Shown piece by piece: positions 8,441 to 17,840 of a DNA stretch of 64,000 nt (positions are counted from its first letter, which is position 1; each line of letters starts with the position of its first letter). The stretch spans positions 5,235 to 69,234 of the forward strand of contig JANTGJ010000002.1 in NCBI GenBank assembly GCA_024762975.1. The letters run 5' to 3'. Source of the stretch: Candidatus Krumholzibacteriia bacterium (GTDB lineage Bacteria; Krumholzibacteriota; Krumholzibacteriia; LZORAL124-64-63). The translations under genes and the position numbers were made by a program. The notes beneath the pieces are model-generated. The model was not told the origin of the DNA, made no database searches, and saw nothing but the letters and a program-made list of their open reading frames with translations.

Positions 8441-10579
8441 ATGAACCTTGCGATGAGCGAAAACGCCATCATCACCTGCGCCCTGGCGATCCTGGTGCTG
8501 CCGCTGGCGTCCTACGCGCTGACCTTCTTCTTCGGGAAGAAGCTGCCGCGCAAGGGCGACTTCATCGGCGTCACATTCGTGGGCGCGGCGTGGCTGCTGG
8601 CCATCCGCATCTTCCTGCAATTCTGGCAGCAGTCGGATCCGTCCTTCCGTGTCGAGGCGGGCTTCACCTGGGTGGATCTGGGTGGTTTCTCGATCGATGC
8701 GGGGATCCTGGTCGACGGCATGACCAGCGTGATGCTGATGGTCGTCACGACCGTCAGCTTCTTTGTACACCTGTACTCGACCGGGTACATGCACGGCGAC
8801 CGGCGCTACGAGCGTTTCTTCGCCTTCCTGGGCTTCTTCACCTTCTCCATGATCGGCATCGTACTGTCGAACAACCTGTTCTTCCTGTACGTGTTCTGGG
8901 AGCTGGTGGGTCTGGCCTCGTATCTGCTGATCGGGTTCTTCTTCCACAAACACTCCGCTGCCAACGCCAACAAGAAGGCCTTCCTGACCAACCGTGTCGG
9001 TGATTGGGGCTTCTGGCTGGGCATTCTGACCTTTTTCACAGCCACCGGTACGCTCAATTATTTTGAGCTCTTCGCTCACGTGCACGCCGGTACGATCCAG
9101 GGCACGTTGTTGACCTTCGCCGGATTGGGCCTGTTCATGGGCTGCCTGGGCAAGTCGGCGCAGATGCCTTTGCACATCTGGCTGCCGGACGCGATGGAGG
9201 GCCCGACTCCCGTGTCGGCCCTGATTCATGCTGCGACGATGGTCGCTGCCGGTGTGTATATGGTTGCGCGCCTGTTCCCACTGTTCGGCCCCACCGCGTT
9301 GTTGGTCGTCTGTTATGTGGGTGGGATCACGGCTTTCGTTGCCGCGACGATCGCGCTGGTGAAAACCGACTTCAAACGCGTTCTCGCGTTCTCGACTCTC
9401 AGTCAGCTGGGCTACATGGTCATGTCGCTGGGCGCGGGGGACTCGGTCAACGCGATGTTCCACCTGACGACCCACGCCATGTTCAAGGGCCTGCTGTTCC
9501 TGACCGCCGGTTCGGTGATTCACGCCGTACACTCGCAGGAAATCACCGACATGGGTGGGCTGCGCAAGAAGATGCCGATCACGTTCCTCACCTACATGGT
9601 GGGTACCCTCGCGCTGGCCGGCGTGCCGGGGCTGTCGGGCTTCTATTCGAAGGACGGCATCCTGGGTTCGACCTTGGCCATGGGTATGGTCAACGGGCAC
9701 TACCTGCCGTTCATTCTGGGCATCGTGGCCGCACTGTTGACTCCGTTCTACATGTTCCGCCTGACGTTCCGGGCCTTCTTCGGGAAACCGGCCGATCAGG
9801 AGCGCTACGATCACGCTCACGAGTCTCCCTGGACGATGACCGTTCCGTTGATCGGGCTGGCGATCCTGGCGATCTTCGTTTCGGGTTTCAATACGGCCGA
9901 CAAGGGCTGGTTCAGCAAGTTCGCTGCGCCCTATGACGTGGCGGCGATCGCTGCGCAATACCCGATCGAGAGCGCCGGACATCATCTGGTTGTCGCGGAA
10001 CATGCCGGTGAATCGCACGCCGAGGCCGCACACGCCGAGATGGTGGACCCTCATGGCGGCGAGCACGCGGTGGCCGAAGGTCATGGCGAGGAACATGGCG
10101 GCCATCACGACATCCACCACACCGCACACGTGCGTGCCATGATGATGTCCATCGCGATGGTCATTCTGGGGATTCTCGGTGCCTGGTGGGTCTACTTCCT
10201 GCACCGCATCGATCCTTCAAAGCTGCAGGCCCGGTTGCCCGGCGTCTATCGGGTGTTGCAGGGACAGTATTTCTTCGATGAGTTGTACGCGGCCACGGTC
10301 TACCGCTTCACCTTGTGGTGGTCCCATTTGTGCTCCGCTTTCGATCGCATCGTTGTCGACGGTATCGTGAACGGAACCGGCTATCTGACCCGTATGGTCA
10401 GCTTTGTTTCGGGCTCGTTCGACAGGTACGTTGTCGACGGCGCGGTCAATGGTGTCGCCGCGGTGCTGCAGGGCGCCGGCGAAGGTTTTCGACGTGTTCA
10501 GACCGGTCGCATCCAGACATACCTGGTGTATGTCGCGGCCTCGGTCCTGATCCTGATTCTGATCTATCGAGTCTTGTAG
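8441..10579 (+). CDS. nuoL: NADH-quinone oxidoreductase subunit L, with a His-rich insertion (about aa 512-565).
   Basis: 712 aa antiporter-like subunit matching ND5 (WLPDAMEGPTPVSALIHAATMV). Unusual segment HHLVVAEHAGESHAEAAHAEMVDPHGGEHAVAEGHGEEHGGHHDIHH. Confidence 0.95.
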   Translation: MNLAMSENAIITCALAILVLPLASYALTFFFGKKLPRKGDFIGVTFVGAAWLLAIRIFLQFWQQSDPSFRVEAGFTWVDLGGFSIDAGILVDGMTSVMLMVVTTVSFFVHLYSTGYMHGDRRYERFFAFLGFFTFSMIGIVLSNNLFFLYVFWELVGLASYLLIGFFFHKHSAANANKKAFLTNRVGDWGFWLGILTFFTATGTLNYFELFAHVHAGTIQGTLLTFAGLGLFMGCLGKSAQMPLHIWLPDAMEGPTPVSALIHAATMVAAGVYMVARLFPLFGPTALLVVCYVGGITAFVAATIALVKTDFKRVLAFSTLSQLGYMVMSLGAGDSVNAMFHLTTHAMFKGLLFLTAGSVIHAVHSQEITDMGGLRKKMPITFLTYMVGTLALAGVPGLSGFYSKDGILGSTLAMGMVNGHYLPFILGIVAALLTPFYMFRLTFRAFFGKPADQERYDHAHESPWTMTVPLIGLAILAIFVSGFNTADKGWFSKFAAPYDVAAIAAQYPIESAGHHLVVAEHAGESHAEAAHAEMVDPHGGEHAVAEGHGEEHGGHHDIHHTAHVRAMMMSIAMVILGILGAWWVYFLHRIDPSKLQARLPGVYRVLQGQYFFDELYAATVYRFTLWWSHLCSAFDRIVVDGIVNGTGYLTRMVSFVSGSFDRYVVDGAVNGVAAVLQGAGEGFRRVQTGRIQTYLVYVAASVLILILIYRVL

Positions 10580-10656
10580 GAGCGTTCGAACAATGACCAG
10601 AAACGAACGAGTTCGCTACGAGAGCTGCTGTGTAACCCCCGAGAGGAGCGCCACGC

Positions 10657-12180
10657 ATGGGTGAGCACATTCTTTCCTGGATGACCTTTTTCCCGGTCAT
10701 CGGGGCGGCTGTGATCGCATTCATTCCGTCGGAACGGAAAGAGATCATCAAGACGGTGGCCGCCGCGGCAGCCGCAATACCGCTGGTGCTGGCTGTCCAG
10801 CTCTACATCGGATTCGACCGGGGCACTTCGGCGTTCCAGTTCGTAGAGCACTACACCTGGATCAAGAGCTTCCACATCGAGTACTTCATGGGCGTCGATG
10901 GCCTGAGTGTACCGATGATGTTGCTGACGGCGTTGTTGTCGTTCATCTGCATCATTGCTTCCTGGAGAATCGACAAGGCCGTGAAGGGCTACTTCGCGCT
11001 GTTCCTGATTCTCGAGACGGGAATGTTCGGTGTCTTCAGCGCGTTGGATTTCTTCCTGTTCTATGTGTTCTGGGAAGTGATGCTGTTGCCGATGTACTTC
11101 CTGATCGGCATCTGGGGCGGACCGCGTCGCGAGTACGCCGCGATCAAGTTCTTCCTGTACACACTGGCCGGTTCCGTGCTGATGCTGCTGGCTATGATCG
11201 CCTTCTATCTGAATGTGAGCGATCCGGTCACCGGCGGTCACACTTTCAACATGCTGCACATGTTCAATCAGGCCAATCACAGCGAGTGGCTGCAGTTGAC
11301 CAATGTCCGGCATCTGATCTGGCTGGGCCTGTTCATCGGTTTTGCGATCAAGGTTCCTATCGTACCGTTCCATACCTGGTTGCCCGATGCCCACGTCGAG
11401 GCGCCGACAGCGGTCTCGGTCATTCTGGCCGGCGTGCTGCTGAAGATGGGAACGTACGGTATCCTGCGGATCAGCTACCCGATGCTGCCGGACGCCGCCC
11501 AGTGGTTCGCCTATCCGATGGTCATTCTCGGAGCGATCAACATCCTGTATGGCGCGTTCTGCGCCATGGCGCAGACGGACATGAAAAAGCTTGTTGCCTA
11601 CTCGTCGGTCAGTCACATGGGTTATGTGCTGTTGGGTATGGGCGCGATGTGCAAGGTCGGCGTGGATCTCCAGAGCGCGCAGGCTGCGATCAACGGCGCC
11701 GTCTTCCAGATGTTCAACCACGGTACGATCACGGCCATGATGTTCCTCGGTGTGGGTGTCATCTACGATCGCGCCCACCATCGCGAGATCAACGGCTTCG
11801 GTGGGCTGGGCATGCAGATGCCGGTCTACACCAGCTTCTTCAGCTTCGCGCTGTTCGCCGCTCTGGGCCTGCCGGGCCTGAGCGGCTTCATCAGCGAAGC
11901 GATGATCTTCATGGGCACCTTCCCGGCCTACCGTACGGTTGCGATGGTCAGCGCGCTGGGCATCGTGATCGGCGCCGCCTACGTGTTGTGGATGTTGCAA
12001 CGTGTCTTCCTGGGCCCGAAGAACGACAAGTACGACTCGCTGCCGGACATCAACGCCCGCGAGATGTTCACGCTGGTGCCGATCGGTATCATCGTGCTGT
12101 TGCTGGGTGTGTACCCGATGCCGGTACTGAATCTGATGAAGGTGTCGCTGACGAATCTGATCAAGGTGGTGGCCGGATGA
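10657..12180 (+). CDS. nuoM: NADH-quinone oxidoreductase subunit M.
   Basis: 507 aa, ND4-like (WLPDAHVEAPTAVSVILAGVLLKMG). GAGAGGAG precedes the ATG. Confidence 0.95.
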   Translation: MGEHILSWMTFFPVIGAAVIAFIPSERKEIIKTVAAAAAAIPLVLAVQLYIGFDRGTSAFQFVEHYTWIKSFHIEYFMGVDGLSVPMMLLTALLSFICIIASWRIDKAVKGYFALFLILETGMFGVFSALDFFLFYVFWEVMLLPMYFLIGIWGGPRREYAAIKFFLYTLAGSVLMLLAMIAFYLNVSDPVTGGHTFNMLHMFNQANHSEWLQLTNVRHLIWLGLFIGFAIKVPIVPFHTWLPDAHVEAPTAVSVILAGVLLKMGTYGILRISYPMLPDAAQWFAYPMVILGAINILYGAFCAMAQTDMKKLVAYSSVSHMGYVLLGMGAMCKVGVDLQSAQAAINGAVFQMFNHGTITAMMFLGVGVIYDRAHHREINGFGGLGMQMPVYTSFFSFALFAALGLPGLSGFISEAMIFMGTFPAYRTVAMVSALGIVIGAAYVLWMLQRVFLGPKNDKYDSLPDINAREMFTLVPIGIIVLLLGVYPMPVLNLMKVSLTNLIKVVAG

Positions 12181-12220
12181 TCGCACAGGTTTTCCGGTAC
12201 TGCTCAAGGAGCGTTCCTCA

Positions 12221-13747
12221 ATGGAACTGTTGAATCTGAACATCCCGAGTTGGTCGGATCTGGCGTACTGGCGCCCCGAGGCGATCCTGTGCGGCACCTT
12301 CCTGGCCGCGTTGCTGGGAGACCTGATCGGGCGCGGTAGGCGACCGGCGATCTCCTTCGTGATCTCGGTCTTTGGTCTGATCACCGCCGGTGCGTATTCG
12401 GTGGCCGCCGTGCTGCACGGCGGCGCAGCCCACACGATCATGGGCGATCTGATCATCGTCGACGGTATGGCCGCTTTTTTCCGTCTGTTGTTCATTCTCG
12501 CCGGTCTGGCCACAGTGCTTTTCTCGTGGACGGCCGAAGAAATCATGGGCCGCAAACGTGAGAACAAGGCCGAGTTTTTCTACCTGACCGTCCTGATGAC
12601 CGCGGCGATGATGGTCATGGCCGAAGCCCGCGACCTGCTGATGCTGTTTCTGTCGATGGAAGCGGTCGGCCTGGTCAGCTACGTGATGGCCGGCTACATG
12701 CGCACCTCGCTGCGCAGCACCGAGGCCTCGCTGAAGTATGTCATTTTCGGCGCGGTTTCGAGCGGGATCATGCTGTACGGCCTGTCGCTGCTGTACGGCA
12801 TGACCGGTGCGATGACTTTCGACGGCATCCGTGCGGGATTGCTCGCCGGTGAGGTGAATGGTCTGTCGCTTCTGATCACGGTGATCCTGATTCTGGCGGG
12901 GATGAGCTACAAGATCGCCGCAGTGCCCTTCCACTTCTGGTGCCCCGATGTGTATGAAGGTGCACCGACGCCGGTCGCCGCGATTTTCTCGGTCGGCCCG
13001 AAGGCAGCCGGTTTTGCGCTGATGATCCGGTTTTTCTACACGACCCTGGCTGCCGGCGCCGATCCTTCAGCCAGCGCCCCGCTGATCGAGCTGATCAACT
13101 GGCCGCTGCTGATGGCCGTGATCGCGGCCGTGACGATGACCTATGGCAACCTCGTCGCGCTGCGGCAACTGAACGTCAAACGAATGCTGGCCTATTCGAG
13201 CATCTCCCACGTGGGATACCTGCTGATGGGCTTCGTGCTGCTGACGGATGCCGGGCTGGCTGCCATCCTGTTCTACCTGGCGGTCTACACGCTGATGAAC
13301 CTGGGTGCGTTCTTCGTCGTTGTTGCGCTGAACAACCATATCAAGAGCGAGGAACTGGACGACTACGCGGGCATCGGGTTCCGAGCTCCGTGGCTGGGCA
13401 CGATGATGGTCATCTTCCTGGCCTCGTTGACCGGAGTGCCGCCGTTTGCCGGGTTTGCCGGAAAGTTCTACGTTTTCACCGCGGTCATGGACCGGCAGTG
13501 GTTCTGGCTGGCCATTCTGGCGGCGCTGAACTCGGTCGTCGGCCTGTACTACTACTTCCGCGTGGTCAAGGCGATGTTCCTGACACGGCCCGCCGAGGGC
13601 GCGGACACTACGCCGCTGAAAATCCACTGGCTGCAGTACACGGTCTTGGCGGTACTGGCCGTTCCGACCCTGGTGCTGGGGTTCTGGTTCGGACCGTTGA
13701 AGGTCCTGGCGGATCAGGCGATCGGGTTGTTGAGTACGGGGATGTAA
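12221..13747 (+). CDS. nuoN: NADH-quinone oxidoreductase subunit N.
   Basis: 508 aa, ND2-like (FHFWCPDVYEGAPTPVAAIFSVGPKAAGFAL). Last gene of the operon. Confidence 0.95.
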   Translation: MELLNLNIPSWSDLAYWRPEAILCGTFLAALLGDLIGRGRRPAISFVISVFGLITAGAYSVAAVLHGGAAHTIMGDLIIVDGMAAFFRLLFILAGLATVLFSWTAEEIMGRKRENKAEFFYLTVLMTAAMMVMAEARDLLMLFLSMEAVGLVSYVMAGYMRTSLRSTEASLKYVIFGAVSSGIMLYGLSLLYGMTGAMTFDGIRAGLLAGEVNGLSLLITVILILAGMSYKIAAVPFHFWCPDVYEGAPTPVAAIFSVGPKAAGFALMIRFFYTTLAAGADPSASAPLIELINWPLLMAVIAAVTMTYGNLVALRQLNVKRMLAYSSISHVGYLLMGFVLLTDAGLAAILFYLAVYTLMNLGAFFVVVALNNHIKSEELDDYAGIGFRAPWLGTMMVIFLASLTGVPPFAGFAGKFYVFTAVMDRQWFWLAILAALNSVVGLYYYFRVVKAMFLTRPAEGADTTPLKIHWLQYTVLAVLAVPTLVLGFWFGPLKVLADQAIGLLSTGM

Positions 13748-13775
13748 ATCGCAGCACGACTTGACTGGTTTGTGG

Positions 13776-13805
13776 AACGCCCCCCGACTCGAGTCGGGGG
13801 GCGTT
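13776..13805. terminator. Perfect 30-bp GC-rich palindrome (AACGCCCCCCGACTC|GAGTCGGGGGGCGTT) between the convergent nuoN and S9-peptidase genes. Likely a bidirectional terminator hairpin.
   Basis: Read directly from the sequence. No U-tract on either side, which is common in high-GC genomes. Confidence 0.45.
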
Positions 13806-13865
13806 CTCCTGGGAACTTCCGTTCACGGCGCCACATCGGCCACGGCGCCGTCATCCGTAACGGGC

Positions 13866-16409
13866 CTACTCCCAGCGCGCCTCCCAGGCCGCGCCCTCTC
13901 CCCGACAATACCGGTCAAACCATTCCAGTATCATCGTGCGGTGCGCGACGCGATTGTCCCAGGTACCGCTGATGCCGTGATCCTCACCGGGGAACAGGAC
14001 CATCTCGACCGGCCGGTCCAGCAACGACAGCGCGGTGAACAGCTGTCTCGATTCGCCGGGTGTGACGTTCGAGTCCGCCTCGCCGTGCAGCAGCAGCAAT
14101 GGCGTGTGGATCCGGTCGGCCCGGAACAGTGGGGAGTGGTCGATGAAATACTGCGGATCACTCCACGGCGTGGCGCCGGCCAGGGCCATGTCGCCGTACG
14201 TCCAGCCCCAGGTGCCCTGGCCCCAGTAGGTGGCCAGATCACTGATGCCGTACATCGAGACGGCGGCGGCGTACAGATCCGTGAAGGTGACCAGGTACTC
14301 GGTCATGAAACCGCCGTAGGAGCCGCCGTAGATGCCGACGGCCTGGCGGTCCAGCCACGGATTCGCATCCAGTGTCTGCTCCGTCGCGGCGACGATGTCG
14401 GCGGCCGCAGCCGGACCCCAGTCGCCCGCGTGGTAGTCGGCGAACTCGTCGCCGAAGCCATAGGCGCCACGCGGGTTGACCACCAGCACCGCATAGCCGT
14501 TGGCGGCGAAGAACTGGTGCGTGCCGTTGAAACCCTGCAGCGTGGGTACCGAGCCGGCGTAGTAATAGACGATCAACGGGCAATTGCCGCTCGGGGGCGC
14601 GGCACAGACCGCGCGGCCGGCCTCGTCGGCGCGGACGGGGGGATACAGCCAGGATTCGATGTGCGTTCCGTCCTCGGCCGTGACTTCAACCGACTCGGGA
14701 CGGCTCCAGGTCCACCGGGCGGACCAGTCGGCCGCGTAGTCCTCGAGCAGGCGGCTCGATCCGGAAGTGCGGCCTCGGTACAGCGCACCGGGCGCCTCGG
14801 CGGTCGAGGCCGTGTAGACAACCCGGTCACCGTCGGGGCTGACGGCGAGCGATCCGAGCGATCCGCCCTGCAGTTCGATCCCGTGCGTTTCCCAGCTCTT
14901 GTTCGGATCGAGACGGAACAGTTCCACTCGCGATCCGGTGGTGGCTTCGACCAGCAGGCGTCCCTGCGCATCGAAGCGGGGCAGGCCGCCGCCTACGTCG
15001 TAGGCCTGCGGTGCCTCTTTCGTGACCCGTCGGAAATCGCGGGAGGCCAGGTCCAGTGCCCAGACCTGCTTGTTGTAGACATTGTGTTCGGCGTGGTCGC
15101 CGCCGACTTCCTCGGGCGGACCGAGAAAGGCCAGAGTCGCGCCGTCGGGCGAGGCGGCCAGACCCTGCGGCCGAACTTCCCACCCTCCGGTGAACGAGGT
15201 CAGCAACTCGTCCGTCCCCTCGGTCAGGTCCAGGCGGTGAATCTCACTGCTGAACCAGGGACGCTCCTTCTGCGGAGCGGTGTGCGCATAGAATACGCTT
15301 TGACCGTCGGCGGAGAAAACCGCGTCATCCAGGACCCGGTCCGCCGGTGTGGTCAGCAGTCGACGAGCGCCGCCGGCGAGGTCCAGCAGATGCAGATGCG
15401 GTCGGGGCGTGTAGTCGGCGACCTCACCGCGCAGGTGGACAACGCGCCGATTTCCGGACTCGGGTTCGGCCGCATCCAGCCCCGCAGTGGAGGAGAAGAG
15501 CAGAAATTTGCCGTCCGGACTGATTCGTACGAAGCCCAGGTCCGGCTCCTGGCGCAATACGGTGCGCAACGGTCCGGTCGGTCCCTGCCAGATGAGCAGG
15601 TCGGCACCCTCGGCACCGTGGCGAATCAGCAACAGGTCATGGCTGTCGGGAAAAAATCCGGCCGGGGTACATTTCCCGCCGCCCAGATCGGATGCCAGCA
15701 ATTCGCCGTCCCAGTTCAGAACGTCCAGCCGGTTCAACAGAGGCTCGCGCCGCGATAGCTTGCGCAGGATCAGCTTGCCGTCATCGCTGATGGCCAGCCC
15801 GGCCGATCGGGGCTGGGAGGCCAGGAACCCGAATTCGGTCAGGGCGGAGTTCCGGACCAGGGACCAGGTCGGCGGCATCTCGTTGTCGGTAACGGCGCTC
15901 AGGGCCGGCGTTCCCACGCTGCGGCCCTGGATGGTGTACCATCCGGCGCGCAGCGTCTGGGTGGCGGAGTAGAAATCTTCGTCCTCGGTTCCCGTTGCCT
16001 GGACGCCGTCGACGAACAAGGCGCGGCCGCCGGCCAGCCTCAGCGTGATCTCACAGCGCGCAGGGACGCGCAATACGGACGAGATCCAGTAGATTCCGCT
16101 TTCACCGGGTGGCACGGCGCCCTGGGCATCGCAGGCGATCGTTTTCCAGCGCAGGGAGCGGTCGGGCGCGAACGAGAGCTTCTGGTCGGCATCGGGCAGG
16201 AACTTGTCGGGTGTGATTTCCAACACATCGTGGAATTCGCCGCGCGGAAAAGCGGCTTCCTCCGCCTGCGGCGGCAGCGGCAGCGGGCCGAGCAGCAGTA
16301 CCTCGCCCGGGACGAGCGTGTCGGCGGGGGCTTCGGCGGCGGATCCGGACGCCGGCACGATGCCGAGGGCCAGGAGGCTGAGGATTACAAGGGTCTTGCG
16401 CAAGGGCAT
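13866..16409 (-). CDS. Secreted S9-family serine peptidase (acylaminoacyl-peptidase or dipeptidyl-peptidase type): N-terminal PA14-like and TolB-like beta-propeller region, C-terminal alpha/beta-hydrolase.
   Basis: ATG at 16407-16409 gives signal peptide MPLRKTLVILSLLALGIVPASGSA. Nucleophile elbow GGSYGG, then LLLLHGEADSNV...DHGI supplies the Asp and His of the triad. Confidence 0.85.
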   Translation of the reverse strand: MPLRKTLVILSLLALGIVPASGSAAEAPADTLVPGEVLLLGPLPLPPQAEEAAFPRGEFHDVLEITPDKFLPDADQKLSFAPDRSLRWKTIACDAQGAVPPGESGIYWISSVLRVPARCEITLRLAGGRALFVDGVQATGTEDEDFYSATQTLRAGWYTIQGRSVGTPALSAVTDNEMPPTWSLVRNSALTEFGFLASQPRSAGLAISDDGKLILRKLSRREPLLNRLDVLNWDGELLASDLGGGKCTPAGFFPDSHDLLLIRHGAEGADLLIWQGPTGPLRTVLRQEPDLGFVRISPDGKFLLFSSTAGLDAAEPESGNRRVVHLRGEVADYTPRPHLHLLDLAGGARRLLTTPADRVLDDAVFSADGQSVFYAHTAPQKERPWFSSEIHRLDLTEGTDELLTSFTGGWEVRPQGLAASPDGATLAFLGPPEEVGGDHAEHNVYNKQVWALDLASRDFRRVTKEAPQAYDVGGGLPRFDAQGRLLVEATTGSRVELFRLDPNKSWETHGIELQGGSLGSLAVSPDGDRVVYTASTAEAPGALYRGRTSGSSRLLEDYAADWSARWTWSRPESVEVTAEDGTHIESWLYPPVRADEAGRAVCAAPPSGNCPLIVYYYAGSVPTLQGFNGTHQFFAANGYAVLVVNPRGAYGFGDEFADYHAGDWGPAAAADIVAATEQTLDANPWLDRQAVGIYGGSYGGFMTEYLVTFTDLYAAAVSMYGISDLATYWGQGTWGWTYGDMALAGATPWSDPQYFIDHSPLFRADRIHTPLLLLHGEADSNVTPGESRQLFTALSLLDRPVEMVLFPGEDHGISGTWDNRVAHRTMILEWFDRYCRGEGAAWEARWE

Positions 16410-16703
16410 GATGGCTCCCGGGTTCGGGTTCTCCAGAGGGTGGATAGGCAAGAATAGCGTGCTCGAGAGGCGAGTTCAATGTTCCGCCTCGGACTCCGTG
16501 GCTCATCGTACAGCGAACCGTACCGGGAATCCAGCGGTGGACTGCGGTTGCCGGATGGCTCCGGTTTGGCTAGGATTCAGTGAAAGTAGAGGAGGAGTTT
16601 CGTTCGACCGCAGGAAAGGGATCACGCGAATTTCCTACATCGCCATAGCTGAAGTTTTCCCAGCCCGGCTGCCTACACCGGATCCGTAGCTCTCCGCGGA
16701 TTT

Positions 16704-16772
16704 GGCACGGCGAAAGGCCGCTACGGTTTCGCCGGAAACGGCGGAATCAGCTCCCGAATTTGGAAGGAAAAC
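16704..16772 (+). promoter_or_regulatory. Structured moaA leader with two short GC stems capped by GAAA(G) loops. Candidate molybdenum-cofactor-sensing or other cis-regulatory RNA.
   Basis: cggcGAAAGgccg (16708-16720) and cgccgGAAAcggcg (16730-16743) lie just before GGAAGGA and the moaA ATG. ctccc at 16751 could pair with the RBS. No covariance model was run. Confidence 0.25.
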
Positions 16773-17780
16773 ATGTTCGAACTCACCTCAGCCGGGGCGG
16801 GCTCGTCGCCCTTGGTACCCTTGATCGACCGCCAGGGACGGCGCCTGGACTACCTGCGCCTGGCCGTCACCGACCGCTGCAATCTGCGGTGCCGCTATTG
16901 CATGCCCGCTGAGGGGGTGCCCGACGCCGGTCACGACGCGATCCTGCGCACCGGGGAAATGGTGCGTCTGGCCGGCCTGTTGTGTGGTCACGGGATCGGT
17001 CGCATCCGTATCACCGGCGGTGAGCCGCTGGTGCGCAAAGGGGTCGTTGGTCTGATCTCGGAGCTGGCAGCCCTGCCCACGGAGCCCGAGATCCTGCTGA
17101 CCACCAACGGTCTGCTGCTCAGCGAGAACCTGGCCGCCCTGCAGGCAGCGGGCCTGCGCCGCATCAACCTGAGCCTCGATTCCCTGGATCCCGCCAAATG
17201 GGAGCGCATCACCCGCCGCCGGGGGTTTGATCGAGTTCTGAATGCAATCGACGCGGTGTTGGCCGCCGGCCTGGGGCTGAAGATCAATATGGTGGTTCTG
17301 CCGGGCATCAACGACGACGAGTTGGCCGCTTTTGCGGATCTGACCCGGCAGCATCCCGTCACTGTACGCTTTATCGAGGCCATGGGGTTCGACGGCTCGG
17401 GGCGTCCGATGCGGACCCTGAGCGGGGATGCGATCATCGCGGAACTGGAGACCCGCTATTGCCTGGAGCCCATCCCGCGGGCGCAGGGGGCGGTCGCCGA
17501 CGAGTTCGTGATCCCCGGCCATGCAGGTCGGATCGGGGTGATCCGTGGACACCATCGGACCTTCTGCAGCGACTGCACCCGCCTGCGCATCGACGCGCGC
17601 GGGTATTTGCGGACCTGCCTGTACGGACAGCCCGTGGTGGATCTGAAAGCGATGGTGCGCGCGGAGGCGAATGACGAGCAGATCCTGGCGGCAATCCGTG
17701 GCGCTCTGGCCCGGCGGCACGCCAACGGTTTCGAGGCTGCGGCTCTGCGGTTGGACAGCATGGCGAGTATCGGCGGTTGA
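16773..17780 (+). CDS. moaA: GTP 3',8-cyclase MoaA (radical SAM, molybdenum cofactor biosynthesis).
   Basis: CNLRCRYCMP radical-SAM motif. C-terminal CSDCTRLRIDARGYLRTCLY is the second cluster site. Full-length match to MoaA. Confidence 0.95.
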   Translation: MFELTSAGAGSSPLVPLIDRQGRRLDYLRLAVTDRCNLRCRYCMPAEGVPDAGHDAILRTGEMVRLAGLLCGHGIGRIRITGGEPLVRKGVVGLISELAALPTEPEILLTTNGLLLSENLAALQAAGLRRINLSLDSLDPAKWERITRRRGFDRVLNAIDAVLAAGLGLKINMVVLPGINDDELAAFADLTRQHPVTVRFIEAMGFDGSGRPMRTLSGDAIIAELETRYCLEPIPRAQGAVADEFVIPGHAGRIGVIRGHHRTFCSDCTRLRIDARGYLRTCLYGQPVVDLKAMVRAEANDEQILAAIRGALARRHANGFEAAALRLDSMASIGG

Positions 17781-17797
17781 ATCGGGCCGCATCGGCG

Positions 17798-17840
17798 GGC
17801 ACGACAAAGAATGGCACGACAAAGGATGGCACGATGGGCG
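17798..17840 (+). repeat. 2.8 copies of a 15-bp tandem repeat (ggcacgacaaagRat) across the moaA stop and the MOSC start.
   Basis: ggcacgacaaagaat / ggcacgacaaaggat / ggcacgatgggcg. The third copy contains the ATG of the MOSC gene. Confidence 0.5.

Noticed and set aside
8300-12567. 634-aa and 667-aa minus-strand ORFs (8300-10204, 10564-12567).
   Set aside because: Antisense to nuoL and nuoM. Low-complexity Arg/His/Gln-rich translations typical of GC-rich antisense frames.
13761-15758. 665-aa plus-strand ORF.
   Set aside because: Antisense to the S9 peptidase, which has a clear catalytic triad and signal peptide. The translation is Gly/Arg/Val-rich low complexity.
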